A DNA stretch of 39,721 nt from Deltaproteobacteria bacterium (lineage in GTDB: Bacteria > UBA10199 > GCA-002796325 > 1-14-0-20-49-13), in the NCBI GenBank assembly GCA_016180865.1, contig JACPAJ010000013.1, positions 1-39,721 on the forward strand, read 5' to 3'. The translations under genes were made by a program, and so were the position numbers. Under the pieces are notes generated by a model, which saw nothing but the letters and a program-made list of their open reading frames with translations, did no database searches and was not told where the DNA came from. This document shows, piece by piece, positions 28,832 through 37,104 of this stretch (the stretch's first letter is position 1; every line of letters starts with the position of its first letter).

Positions 28832-30198
28832 AGAAATTTATAATATTTTGCCTGCTGATGCTGTCGTGCGACCTCTGGTCTTATGAAAGGCTTTTCAGCG
28901 TCGAGTTTCGCGATGCCGATATCAAGAGCGTTCTAAGGCTCTTGGCAAAGATGGACGACCGGAATATCGTTGTTCCCGACAAAATTGAAGGAAAAGTAAC
29001 CGCCAGTTTTGAAAACATAGGATTATATGATGCGCTTGACGCTGTTTTAAAAACGCACGGCTATGGCGTGATTGAAGAAAATAATATCCTGCAGGTCCTT
29101 TCAAAGGACGAAATGCAGTCTTTAGGCGAAGATCTTCAGCAGGCGACATTCATTCTGCAGTATGCAAAAGCTTCGGACATCCTTCCGCAAATACAGGCGT
29201 TAATCACATCGCGCGGTTCCGCAGTTGCGGATGAAAGGACAAATACGATTTTCGTGAGAGATTCAAATGCCGCCGTTAACAACATAAGAGGGCTTGTCGC
29301 AAATATCGATAAAAAAGACAGCCAGGTGCTGATCGAAGCTAAAATAATCGAAGCGAGCCTGGATTTTATAAGAAGCCTTGGCGTGCAGTGGGGCGTCACG
29401 AAATCAGGCGGAAAAATCCAGACAGCGGGAGTTGAGGCCGTGGGAACCGCCGATAGCGGAAGAACTCTGATGCTGAATTCTCCGGCCGTTGGATTGAATT
29501 CCGGCGCGCCTTTGGGCGGTGTTGGAATGATTTTGGGGAGTTTCCGCGGGACGCTTACGGATGTGCAGCTGACAACCGCCGAACAGAAAGGGGATGTCAG
29601 CATTCTTTCAAGGCCGTCCGTTACGACAATCAATAATCATTCCGCATCTATCAGAAGCGGAGCCAAATTCTACGTCAAAACAAGCGGCAACGTAACGATC
29701 GGCGGAACAACAGGCGCTGCGGTTTCGACAGGCACAAATCTGCAGCAAATCGTTACGGGGATAGAATTGAAGGTGACGCCGCAGATTTCAATGGACGAAT
29801 TTATCAAGCTTGATATCGCAGCAACCGAATCCGAGGCGGATTTTACAAAAGCAATTGAGGGAATACCGGCAGTCCTTGATAATACAGCCACGACAACCGT
29901 TATGCTTAAAAACGGCGAAACAACAATTATCGGCGGACTTTTCCGCGTGCGCGATGCGAAAACCATTAAAGGGATTCCGGGACTCATGAAAATTCCGATT
30001 TTAGGAAATCTATTCAAGAGCAAGTCAAAAACTAAAGCCAGGAGCGAGCTGCTGATATTTATCACTCCTAAGATTATAGAATCTACTCTTTCAAGCCTTC
30101 CTCATTATGAGGAGCCGGACAGCATGTATTATACAGAGCCCATTTTAAATCCCGAACGAAAAGAGAAGAAGAAACGCAAATTCCGATTCAAGTATTAA
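28828..30198 (+). CDS. pilQ: Secretin (PilQ/MshL/GspD family)
   Basis: FRDADIKSVL, DERTNT, QVLIEAKIIE, TGIELKVTPQI, IPILGNLFK, ELLIFITPKI. Confidence 0.94.
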   Translation: MKKFIIFCLLMLSCDLWSYERLFSVEFRDADIKSVLRLLAKMDDRNIVVPDKIEGKVTASFENIGLYDALDAVLKTHGYGVIEENNILQVLSKDEMQSLGEDLQQATFILQYAKASDILPQIQALITSRGSAVADERTNTIFVRDSNAAVNNIRGLVANIDKKDSQVLIEAKIIEASLDFIRSLGVQWGVTKSGGKIQTAGVEAVGTADSGRTLMLNSPAVGLNSGAPLGGVGMILGSFRGTLTDVQLTTAEQKGDVSILSRPSVTTINNHSASIRSGAKFYVKTSGNVTIGGTTGAAVSTGTNLQQIVTGIELKVTPQISMDEFIKLDIAATESEADFTKAIEGIPAVLDNTATTTVMLKNGETTIIGGLFRVRDAKTIKGIPGLMKIPILGNLFKSKSKTKARSELLIFITPKIIESTLSSLPHYEEPDSMYYTEPILNPERKEKKKRKFRFKY

Positions 30199-30279
30199 TT
30201 GGTTTTCTGCTTTTCATTGACAATTTTCCCACTATCTATAAAATAAAGATCGTAGTTAACTGAAGATAAGGGAGCTTTT

Positions 30280-30996
30280 ATGCCATACGCAATATTATTG
30301 GTGGATGACGATAACATTTTCAGAGGTGAGTTAAAGGCAGCATTGTCGGACGAATATAATGTGTTTGAGGCTGCTAATGGCCATGAGGCGCTGGACATGC
30401 TGAAAAAGCCAAATGAAATCGACCTTGTGATTTTAGATGTGATGATGCCGGGGCTGAAAGGGACGGAAGTTTTAAAAGAGATGAAGAGAGTTTCTCCGGA
30501 ACTTGGGATTATTATTTTAACGGGATTCAGCACGAAGGATGTGGCGATCGATGCTTTAAAAGGGCGCGCGGACGATTACATTGAGAAGCCTTTTAAGCTT
30601 GAGAAACTGAATTCTGTTATGGAAAACCTGCTTAAATCAAAAAACGGAGAGCTTAATATTAATGAATGCGATGTAAAGGGAAAAGTCGAGCACGTTAAGC
30701 GTTTTGTCGAGAGAAATTATCACAAGAAAATAAGCCTTAAAGATGCTGCAACCGTTGTAGGGCTGTCGCCTAAGTATTTAAGCAGGGTATTCAGGCAGGA
30801 GACCGGGAACGGATTGAGCGATTATAAGTCCAGAATAAAAATTGACATGGCAAAATCATGGCTTAAATCGACGGGATATAATGTGAATCAGATTGCGGAC
30901 AGGCTCGGCTATCAAAATGTCGAATCGTTCATAAGAACATTTAAAAAATATGCCAGATGCACGCCGACGGATTATAAAAAAGTCAACGGATCTTAA
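30280..30996 (+). CDS. Response regulator with AraC-type HTH (YesN-like)
   Basis: ILLVDDD, DVMMPG, YIEKP, then SPKYLSRVFRQETG...IADRLGYQNVESFIRTFKK. Confidence 0.94.
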   Translation: MPYAILLVDDDNIFRGELKAALSDEYNVFEAANGHEALDMLKKPNEIDLVILDVMMPGLKGTEVLKEMKRVSPELGIIILTGFSTKDVAIDALKGRADDYIEKPFKLEKLNSVMENLLKSKNGELNINECDVKGKVEHVKRFVERNYHKKISLKDAATVVGLSPKYLSRVFRQETGNGLSDYKSRIKIDMAKSWLKSTGYNVNQIADRLGYQNVESFIRTFKKYARCTPTDYKKVNGS

Positions 30997-31004
30997 ACGC
31001 CGAC

Positions 31005-32357
31005 TCAACTTTTTTGGGGCAGGCGCAAAACCAAGGATGTTCCCGATCCCTCTTTGCTTCTAATATCAATCGAGCCGTTATGAAGATCTATGATTTGCCG
31101 GCAGACCGAAAGGCCCAGACCGGTGCCTTTTGACTTGGTTGTAAAAAAAGGTTCAAATGCCCTTTGTAAAATCTCTTTATCCATGCCGCTGCCGTTGTCG
31201 CTGATAAATATTTTTATGAATCCGTTTTCACAATCATACGTAATGCTGATTTTTCCGTCAGAATCTGAAACGGCGTCGAAAGCGTTATTTAATATATTGC
31301 AGAAAACCTCCCTCATTTGCAAGGGGTCTGCTTTAACATAGATATTTTCGGAATTTTTTAGTTCGTTATTGATAGTTACCTTTTTAGCGGATTGTTTCTG
31401 CGTGACAGAGACACATTCCTCAATAATTGAAGCGAGATTGACATCTTCGCGGGCAGGAGGTTTAATATGAGAATAATACAGCAGATTGCTGATTATTTGG
31501 GCGCTTTCGGCGACTTTTTTCTCTATATTTGAAACAAATCCTTCGAGGCCGGGGTTTTTTGCTTTAATTTTGATATTTTCGGCGGCAAGGCTTATGGCTG
31601 CGAGCGGATTGCGCAGTTCATGGGCAACGATTGCCGAAAGAGCTCCTATATCGGAAAGATGTTTTGTTTTTTCAAGCTCTATGTGGGCATTTAATAATGC
31701 ATCGGTTTTTTCTTTAATGAGTTTTTCAAGAGTTTCTTTGTCCCGTTTCAAAACTTCTTTGGCCTTTTTATATTCCGAACTCTCTATTATCTCCCATTCC
31801 CTGTCGCGCTTAATTATGGCAAACTGATGATTATTGACTACGTCTATGATTTCGGAAGCGCCGCATCTTTCAAGCGAATATGTGCATAGCGCGATCATGC
31901 GGTATTTTCCGATGACGGAATTAACCGCTTCTTCATAATCGGTAAAATCCCTCCAGTCTTTCTTTTCCAGCCAGAGGGTGTTTCCGGTAAGTCTCAGCCC
32001 TTCAAAACCTTTGGCCGATGCTTTATTTAATTTATCGACCCATCCGTTGAGGACTCTTCGCGATTCAAAACGGCCGTTTTGAATGTACCATTCGGAATAA
32101 GGGATGATTTCCAGCTGGCCTTTGTCCGTAAAACCTTGCAGGTTCTTAACGCTTTTTTTCAGTTCGGAGCGGGCTTCGTCTGTGTTTAACGGATCAGATG
32201 TCACCCACATGCAGAATTCATTATTATCAAGCCCGCTTTTGAAATACGGATCCTCTTTAGTTTTGTAAAACTGGCAGAAATGAGAGCCCCATTCAATATC
32301 GCCGATAACGCTTATTCCCGAGTTTCTTAATTTATCTGGATTTGATGAAGCATTCAT
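31005..32357 (-). CDS. MEDS-domain sensor histidine kinase
   Basis: LRNSGISVIGDIEWGSHFCQFY...GLRLTGNT...ALCTYSL matches MEDS; VAHELRNPL; GTGLGL. Confidence 0.92.
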   Translation of the reverse strand: MNASSNPDKLRNSGISVIGDIEWGSHFCQFYKTKEDPYFKSGLDNNEFCMWVTSDPLNTDEARSELKKSVKNLQGFTDKGQLEIIPYSEWYIQNGRFESRRVLNGWVDKLNKASAKGFEGLRLTGNTLWLEKKDWRDFTDYEEAVNSVIGKYRMIALCTYSLERCGASEIIDVVNNHQFAIIKRDREWEIIESSEYKKAKEVLKRDKETLEKLIKEKTDALLNAHIELEKTKHLSDIGALSAIVAHELRNPLAAISLAAENIKIKAKNPGLEGFVSNIEKKVAESAQIISNLLYYSHIKPPAREDVNLASIIEECVSVTQKQSAKKVTINNELKNSENIYVKADPLQMREVFCNILNNAFDAVSDSDGKISITYDCENGFIKIFISDNGSGMDKEILQRAFEPFFTTKSKGTGLGLSVCRQIIDLHNGSIDIRSKEGSGTSLVLRLPQKS

Positions 32358-32472
32358 ATTTTTTAAAACCCCCTCAATGCTGATTTTATAGCTCTTGTTG
32401 ATAAATTAGCAATGAATATAATTTACTATTATCCTCTTTTGTTTGACTTTACGCCGCAATGATAACGTCTGC

Positions 32473-32501
32473 TTGACACGGTAAAGTTAGACCTATAAAA
32501 T
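32473..32501 (+). promoter_or_regulatory. Sigma-70 promoter
   Basis: TTGACA-N17-TAAAAT, 11 nt before ATG 32513. Confidence 0.7.
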
Positions 32502-32512
32502 TAAAATTAGAT

Positions 32513-33577
32513 ATGAAAATTGAAAATGAAGTGTTGAACAGCATAATAGAGTTAAACCCGTATGCGATCGGTTTTGGGGATAAAGAAGGCCATGTTTTTA
32601 AGGTAAACAAAGCTTTTATTGATTTATTCGGAAGCGCTCCTCCGCCGGATTACAACATTTATAAAGATCCGAATCTGACTAAGCCCGAATTTTCGGAATT
32701 ATTCGAAAAAATGCGGAAAGGCGAGACAGTTGCTTTTCCCGAAATATGGTTTAATGCGCATAAAGCCAACCCGAATCTTCCCGACAAGGAAATATGCGTA
32801 AGGACGGTTGTCTTTGCCATCAAGGGTGCCGGCGGGGATATATTATATTTCATTGCAATGCATGAGGATATCACGAAGCGCAAACGCCTGGAAAAAATTA
32901 AAGATGAGTTTATAGGGATTGTTTCGCATGAACTGCGAACGCCTCTCACAATTCTCAAAGAAGGATTATCACAGGTTCTTGACGGCCTGCACGGCGCTAT
33001 TAACAATAAACTGAGGGATGCGCTGACAAACTCTCTTTCCAACGTGGAACGCCTTACAAAAAACATACAGAATTTATTGGTAGTTTCACAGGTTAGAACA
33101 GGGGATCTGCAGCTGAAAAAGGCGGCAGCGGACATCGTAAGCCTTATTAAAAAATCATGTTCTAAGTATAAAGTTATAGCCAAAAAGAACGGATTAAAAT
33201 TTAATCTTAAGGCTCCTTCAATGGCTGTAAAAACGTTCATAGATGCCGAAAAAATAATAAAAGCTTTTGAGCATCTGCTTGAAAACGCCGTTAAGTTTAC
33301 TAATAAAGGGGAAATAAATGTGGAGTTGAGAGTTAAAGATAAGCATGTCGAATGCTTGGTAAGCGACACGGGAACCGGCATTGCATCGGAAGATATGCCG
33401 AGACTATTTGAACTATTCGAACAGATTGAAAGAAAGCCCGGCCCCGGCGAAAGGGGCGTCGGGATAGGCCTTGCCATAGTTAAAGGAATTATTTTGCTGC
33501 ACGGCGGAAAAATTTGGGCTGAAAGTAAATTAGGCAGAGGCACAAAAATCACATTTTCCATCCCAAGAAAAATTTAA
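32513..33577 (+). CDS. PAS-domain histidine kinase
   Basis: PAS ending EDITKRK, VSHELRTPL, LLENAVKFT, DTGTGI, GVGIGL. Confidence 0.94.
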   Translation: MKIENEVLNSIIELNPYAIGFGDKEGHVFKVNKAFIDLFGSAPPPDYNIYKDPNLTKPEFSELFEKMRKGETVAFPEIWFNAHKANPNLPDKEICVRTVVFAIKGAGGDILYFIAMHEDITKRKRLEKIKDEFIGIVSHELRTPLTILKEGLSQVLDGLHGAINNKLRDALTNSLSNVERLTKNIQNLLVVSQVRTGDLQLKKAAADIVSLIKKSCSKYKVIAKKNGLKFNLKAPSMAVKTFIDAEKIIKAFEHLLENAVKFTNKGEINVELRVKDKHVECLVSDTGTGIASEDMPRLFELFEQIERKPGPGERGVGIGLAIVKGIILLHGGKIWAESKLGRGTKITFSIPRKI

Positions 33578-33648
33578 AATCTGCATTGACATTGATTTAA
33601 AAAATCTGTATTTAATGGCCATTCTGAATTAACAAGGAGGAGGGGATA

Positions 33649-33801
33649 ATGGATAAGAAGAAAAAAGATGAACTGGCCAAAACGTGCTGCGGGCCTAAAG
33701 TAACGACGGAAAAGTCGTCTAAAAAGCAAAAGTGGGAAAAACCGTCGCTTGAAAATGTGTCGACCCGTGTTATGGCACAGCCGTATATCAGATTTACATG
33801 A
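33649..33801 (+). CDS. Putative RiPP precursor peptide (50 aa, PqqA-like WxKP motif); not in the ORF track
   Basis: Strong RBS AAGGAGGAGGGG. Translation MDKKKKDELAKTCCGPKVTTEKSSKKQKWEKPSLENVSTRVMAQPYIRFT*. Lies directly upstream of PqqD-family and radical SAM genes. Confidence 0.88.
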   Translation: MDKKKKDELAKTCCGPKVTTEKSSKKQKWEKPSLENVSTRVMAQPYIRFT

Positions 33802-33827
33802 GTCGCAATTAGTTGATTTTATTAAAT

Positions 33828-33860
33828 AAAAGGAGCAGCCAATTTAAGCTGCTCCTTTTT
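33828..33860 (+). terminator. Stem-loop or intrinsic terminator between the precursor and the maturase genes
   Basis: AAAAGGAGCAGC-CAATTTAA-GCTGCTCCTTTTT: perfect 12-bp inverted repeat with a T tract. Confidence 0.85.
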
Positions 33861-33882
33861 AATTATCTACCGGAGGTTATAT

Positions 33883-34131
33883 ATGAAATTTGCAAATTCA
33901 GTAAAGGTGCGCAGTGAAAAATTTGGATCGGTTGTTTTTGAAACCCTTCGGGAAAGAGTTTTTGTCTCAAATACGACCGGAGCGGATGTTTTAAAACTTA
34001 TAGAAGACGGCAAAACAAAAGAAGAGATAATTGCCGATTTGTCCGCTAAATACGATGGCAACGAAAGCACAATAAAGAACGACATTGCCGAATATTTTGC
34101 ATGTCTTGAACAAAACAATCTATTAGCTTAG
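33883..34131 (+). CDS. PqqD-family RiPP recognition element (MftB-like N-terminus)
   Basis: 82 aa; VKVRSEKFGSVVF...NTTGADVLKLIEDGKTKEEIIADLSAKYD...DIAEYFACL; GGAGGT RBS. Confidence 0.92.
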   Translation: MKFANSVKVRSEKFGSVVFETLRERVFVSNTTGADVLKLIEDGKTKEEIIADLSAKYDGNESTIKNDIAEYFACLEQNNLLA

Positions 34132-34148
34132 AAAAGGAGACTAATAAA

Positions 34149-35141
34149 ATGGTTATCGAAAACGATCTTCGCATAATGGCGAAGCAGTACGTTCCGGAAG
34201 GCGGGAGCTTTGCCGATTTTGAGGCGCCTTTATTTATGGCGTGGCAGCTGAATCAGGAATGCAACATCGCATGCCTGCACTGCTGCGAAGAGGCGGGGCA
34301 TTTTATGCCGGACACTCTTAATTCAAACGAGGTTGCAAATTTTTGCGAGCAGATTACCACTATGAAAATTCCTTATGTCGCAATCTCCGGCGGAGAGCCG
34401 ATGCTGCACAAGGATTTTTATAAAATATGCGAATATTTCAGAAAGCATAATATAAGCCTGAAAGTTGAGACCAATGGGCTTCTTATCACAAAAGAAAAAG
34501 CCAAATGGTTTGGAAGCCTTGGATTCAGATCTGTTCAGGTGAGCGTTGACGGCGCAACCGCCGAGGCGCACGAAAAATTGAGAATTAAGGGCAAATGGCA
34601 GCCGACGATCGATGCGTGCAAATATCTTGTGGAAGCCGGAGTAACGACGGAAATAGTTTTTGTCCCCACAAAATTCAATATTCATGAAACCGGCCAGTTG
34701 ATCGATATGGCCCATAAAATGGGCATTTACGGCGTTTATACAGGCAAAACCATGAGAATTGGCCGTGCTGCCGAAAACTGGGACGCGCTTTGCCCGACGG
34801 ACGCTCAGTACGAAGAATTTTTTAAAGTGCTGAAGGAGAAACAGGCGTCTTATGAAGGCAGAATGAAGGTCTATTATTATCCTTATGATGTTATTGAGGA
34901 ACTGAAATACAGGCTGGAATATCCTTCGGCGAGTCTCCTTGTCATTCCCAACGGAAAAGTAAAGCTTATCGGGCCTATGCCGTTCTTGTGCGGAGATCTT
35001 CGGAAGCACACTTTGGCCGAAATCTGGGAGAGATATAAAAAATCGTGGAAGGACCCTAAAGTTACGGCGTTTGCCAAGAAAGTTATCGCGGATCCAACAA
35101 TGGTAGCGAAGGCCAATGACTGGGTTGAGCTATATAACTAA
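34149..35141 (+). CDS. Radical SAM enzyme (PqqE/MftC-like) with a degenerate SPASM/twitch-like tail
   Basis: CNIACLHC (CxxxCxxC), SGGEP, ETNG, VQVSVDGA...HEKLR; tail IPNGKV...GDLRKHTLAEIW. Confidence 0.93.
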   Translation: MVIENDLRIMAKQYVPEGGSFADFEAPLFMAWQLNQECNIACLHCCEEAGHFMPDTLNSNEVANFCEQITTMKIPYVAISGGEPMLHKDFYKICEYFRKHNISLKVETNGLLITKEKAKWFGSLGFRSVQVSVDGATAEAHEKLRIKGKWQPTIDACKYLVEAGVTTEIVFVPTKFNIHETGQLIDMAHKMGIYGVYTGKTMRIGRAAENWDALCPTDAQYEEFFKVLKEKQASYEGRMKVYYYPYDVIEELKYRLEYPSASLLVIPNGKVKLIGPMPFLCGDLRKHTLAEIWERYKKSWKDPKVTAFAKKVIADPTMVAKANDWVELYN

Positions 35142-36000
35142 ATTACTCACGTTTATCCGGTACCGCTTTCTCCTTTTTGCAGGGGTTTTGCCGTATTTTC
35201 TCGGCGCGTCTATTGCCTATCAAAAGCTCGAGCTCTTTAATTTGAAGTTTTTTTTGCTTGGCTTAAGCGGCCTTGTTTTTGTGCTGATAGGAGTGGAAGC
35301 GTTCAATGAATATTTTGACTGGATCCTCGGCACCGACAGAATTTTTCAGATCGATCAAAAGCCTATCGGAAAGAAAAAATTTTATATCGGCATCGCGGCT
35401 TTTTTTGCAGCTCTCTTGTTTGCTGTTTATCTGACTTTAATAATCGGAAAGGGGATTGCGATATTTGCGCTTATTGGTTTTGCGGCGGCGGCATCTTATC
35501 TTGGACCGCCGGTCAAATTTGCGTATCGCGGTCTTGGGGAGGCGGTTATTGCTCTTGCTTATGGGCCGGCAATGGTTTTGGGAAGCTATTATTTGCAGAC
35601 TAAAACGGTGGATACGGAGCCGCTTTTAATTTCCATCCTTCCGGCGATATTATTATATTCAATAGCAATCATTAATGAAGTGCCCGATTTTTTGCAGGAC
35701 AGCCTTGTCGGCAAGCAAAATATCTGCGTAAGGCTGGGCAGGATCGGAGCGGTAAGGCTTTATGCCGGATTGCTGGGCCTATTTTTTGCAGCTGCTCTAG
35801 CTTTAATTGCTTTGCGTAAAATTCCGTTAACTGTGGGGGTGACTTTTTTTCTTATTCCTCTCGGTTTTTATAACTATCGCAAAGCGTGTAAATATTTTGA
35901 GGCCCCAGCCGATTTTTATCCGGTAATCCGCGGAACGCTTTTATTTTATATCATCGCAATGGTTATCTGCATTTTAAGCATTATTTTCCGGCCATTCTGA
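35116..36000 (+). CDS. UbiA-superfamily prenyltransferase, MenA-like
   Basis: FNEYFD...GTD, YLGPPVKFAYRGLGE, NEVPDFLQDSLVGKQNICVRLG, multiple TMs; overlaps the rSAM gene. Confidence 0.9.
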   Translation: MTGLSYITKLLTFIRYRFLLFAGVLPYFLGASIAYQKLELFNLKFFLLGLSGLVFVLIGVEAFNEYFDWILGTDRIFQIDQKPIGKKKFYIGIAAFFAALLFAVYLTLIIGKGIAIFALIGFAAAASYLGPPVKFAYRGLGEAVIALAYGPAMVLGSYYLQTKTVDTEPLLISILPAILLYSIAIINEVPDFLQDSLVGKQNICVRLGRIGAVRLYAGLLGLFFAAALALIALRKIPLTVGVTFFLIPLGFYNYRKACKYFEAPADFYPVIRGTLLFYIIAMVICILSIIFRPF

Positions 36001-36013
36001 TTTGTGCCGGCTT

Positions 36014-36100
36014 TCATCGAACTAACGCCTCTTTTTTCGCCCGCGGCCATGATTTTATCTCGGCCTCGCGCTTTAGCGCCTTGCTCTTGGAAAAAATACT
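36014..36100 (-). pseudogene. C-terminal remnant of a GIY-YIG (UPF0213/YhbQ-like) nuclease
   Basis: The minus strand reads SKSKALKREAEIKSWPRAKKEALVR*, matching the family's A.KRE..IK.W.R.KK.AL tail. There is an in-frame stop upstream at 36101-36103. Confidence 0.75.
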
Positions 36101-36118
36101 TTACAAATCCAAATTACG
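36091..36118 (+). repeat. Direct repeat, copy 1 (partner at 38372-38399)
   Basis: AAAAAATACTTTACAAATCCAAATTACG vs AAAAAGGACCTTACAAATCCAAATTACG: 25/28 identical, last 18 exact. Confidence 0.85.
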
Positions 36119-36237
36119 TATTCCCATCTTTTCAAAAATAATACTTGTCACAGCCACTAGTTTATGAGGTTATGGCAGGTACATAAAAAGGGGGATGGCC
36201 AAAATGCAAAAAAGATTTATCAAAGGGAGAAAACATC

Positions 36238-36825
36238 ATGATTGATTTGAATAATGTTGTAACAAACTTGAGAAAAAATGGTTTCATTGCCGAGGTTTTT
36301 TCTGACCGGGCTTCTTTAGTGACCGCGATTCTCGAGAAGTTGGCCCATTCAAAAAGTATCAGCAGGGGAGGATCTGTCACATTAGATCAACTGGGTATTC
36401 CCGATGCCATTCGTGCCAAGGGATTGCCGTTCAGGGGAAATGCAACCTATGAGGATCGTCTCGCCGCTTTATCAGCGGATCATTTTTTGACAGGAACCAA
36501 TGCCATTACCGAAGAGGGATATTTGGTCAATGTGGATGGAACCGGAAGCAGGATTGCGGCGATTAGCTTTGGCCCCAAGCAGGTTTTCGTGGTCTGCGGC
36601 ACCAATAAAATCGTGAAAAACGTCAAGGCCGGGTTTGAACGGATAAGGGCCATTGCGGCACCCAAAACGAGCGCTTTGATAAAGAGAAACACCCCATGTC
36701 TATCTTTCGGACGGTGTATGAACTCAAACAGCCCGGACTGCATTTGCCGAAAACGGCATGTGACGCTTAGGGGTGAAGAAGGGAGAGTGAGCGTCTTTTT
36801 AATCAATGAACCGCTAGGGTTCTAA
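36238..36825 (+). CDS. LUD-domain (LutC/YkgG-like) protein
   Basis: GGSVTL, FLTGTNAITEEGYLVNVDGTGSR, FGPKQV...GTNKIV, PC...C...C cluster, INEPLGF. Confidence 0.9.
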   Translation: MIDLNNVVTNLRKNGFIAEVFSDRASLVTAILEKLAHSKSISRGGSVTLDQLGIPDAIRAKGLPFRGNATYEDRLAALSADHFLTGTNAITEEGYLVNVDGTGSRIAAISFGPKQVFVVCGTNKIVKNVKAGFERIRAIAAPKTSALIKRNTPCLSFGRCMNSNSPDCICRKRHVTLRGEEGRVSVFLINEPLGF

Positions 36826-36839
36826 AGGAGTGTCTCGAG

Positions 36840-37076
36840 GTGGAAAAGATAGAGGTCCTATTTAAGAATGAATCTTCCCGCCAATGCTCGGTGTATGTGG
36901 GGTCAGAAATAAGCGATCAGATTCCCAAAATTGCGGCGAACCTGAAAGCCAGCAAGGCTTTTGTGCTGTGTGATTCTAAGGTGCAAATGGTTGGACGAAT
37001 CATCGCCAAGAAGATACGTACGGTCTGCAATGTTGATCTCTATGTCATGGAAGCCACATCATATGTTAATACTTGA
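36840..37076 (+). pseudogene. aroB: Truncated N-terminus of a 3-dehydroquinate synthase/sugar-phosphate cyclase
   Basis: AAGGAG RBS. IEV...VYVG...KAFVLCDSKV...VMEA resembles the AroB N-terminus but stops after 78 aa, where E.xK is expected. Confidence 0.6.
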
Positions 37077-37104
37077 ATGCTATAATCTGACCCCCAATTT
37101 ACAC

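Noticed and set aside
32659-33561. Long antisense ORFs (300 aa here; also 34323-35009, 38811-39470, 26431-26985 and 6810-7310)
   Set aside because: They are shadows of well-supported plus-strand genes and have no recognisable motifs.
33586-33616. Sigma-70 promoter for the precursor gene (TTGACA at 33586)
   Set aside because: The -35 is perfect but there is no convincing -10 at 16-18 nt spacing; plausible but not supported well enough to list.
33649-35141. Canonical PQQ or mycofactocin operon
   Set aside because: The precursor lacks ExxxY and IDGxCGVY, and there is no pqqB/pqqC or mftD/mftE in the window.
36238-37076. LUD protein and aroB fragment as part of the RiPP operon
   Set aside because: They are separated from it by an antisense GIY-YIG remnant and a repeat junction, and appear to belong to a separately acquired segment.
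36899-37094. GGGGTCAGA / TCTGACCCC 9-bp inverted pair as MITE ends
   Set aside because: Too short, one copy lies within aroB-like coding sequence, and no target duplication is seen.
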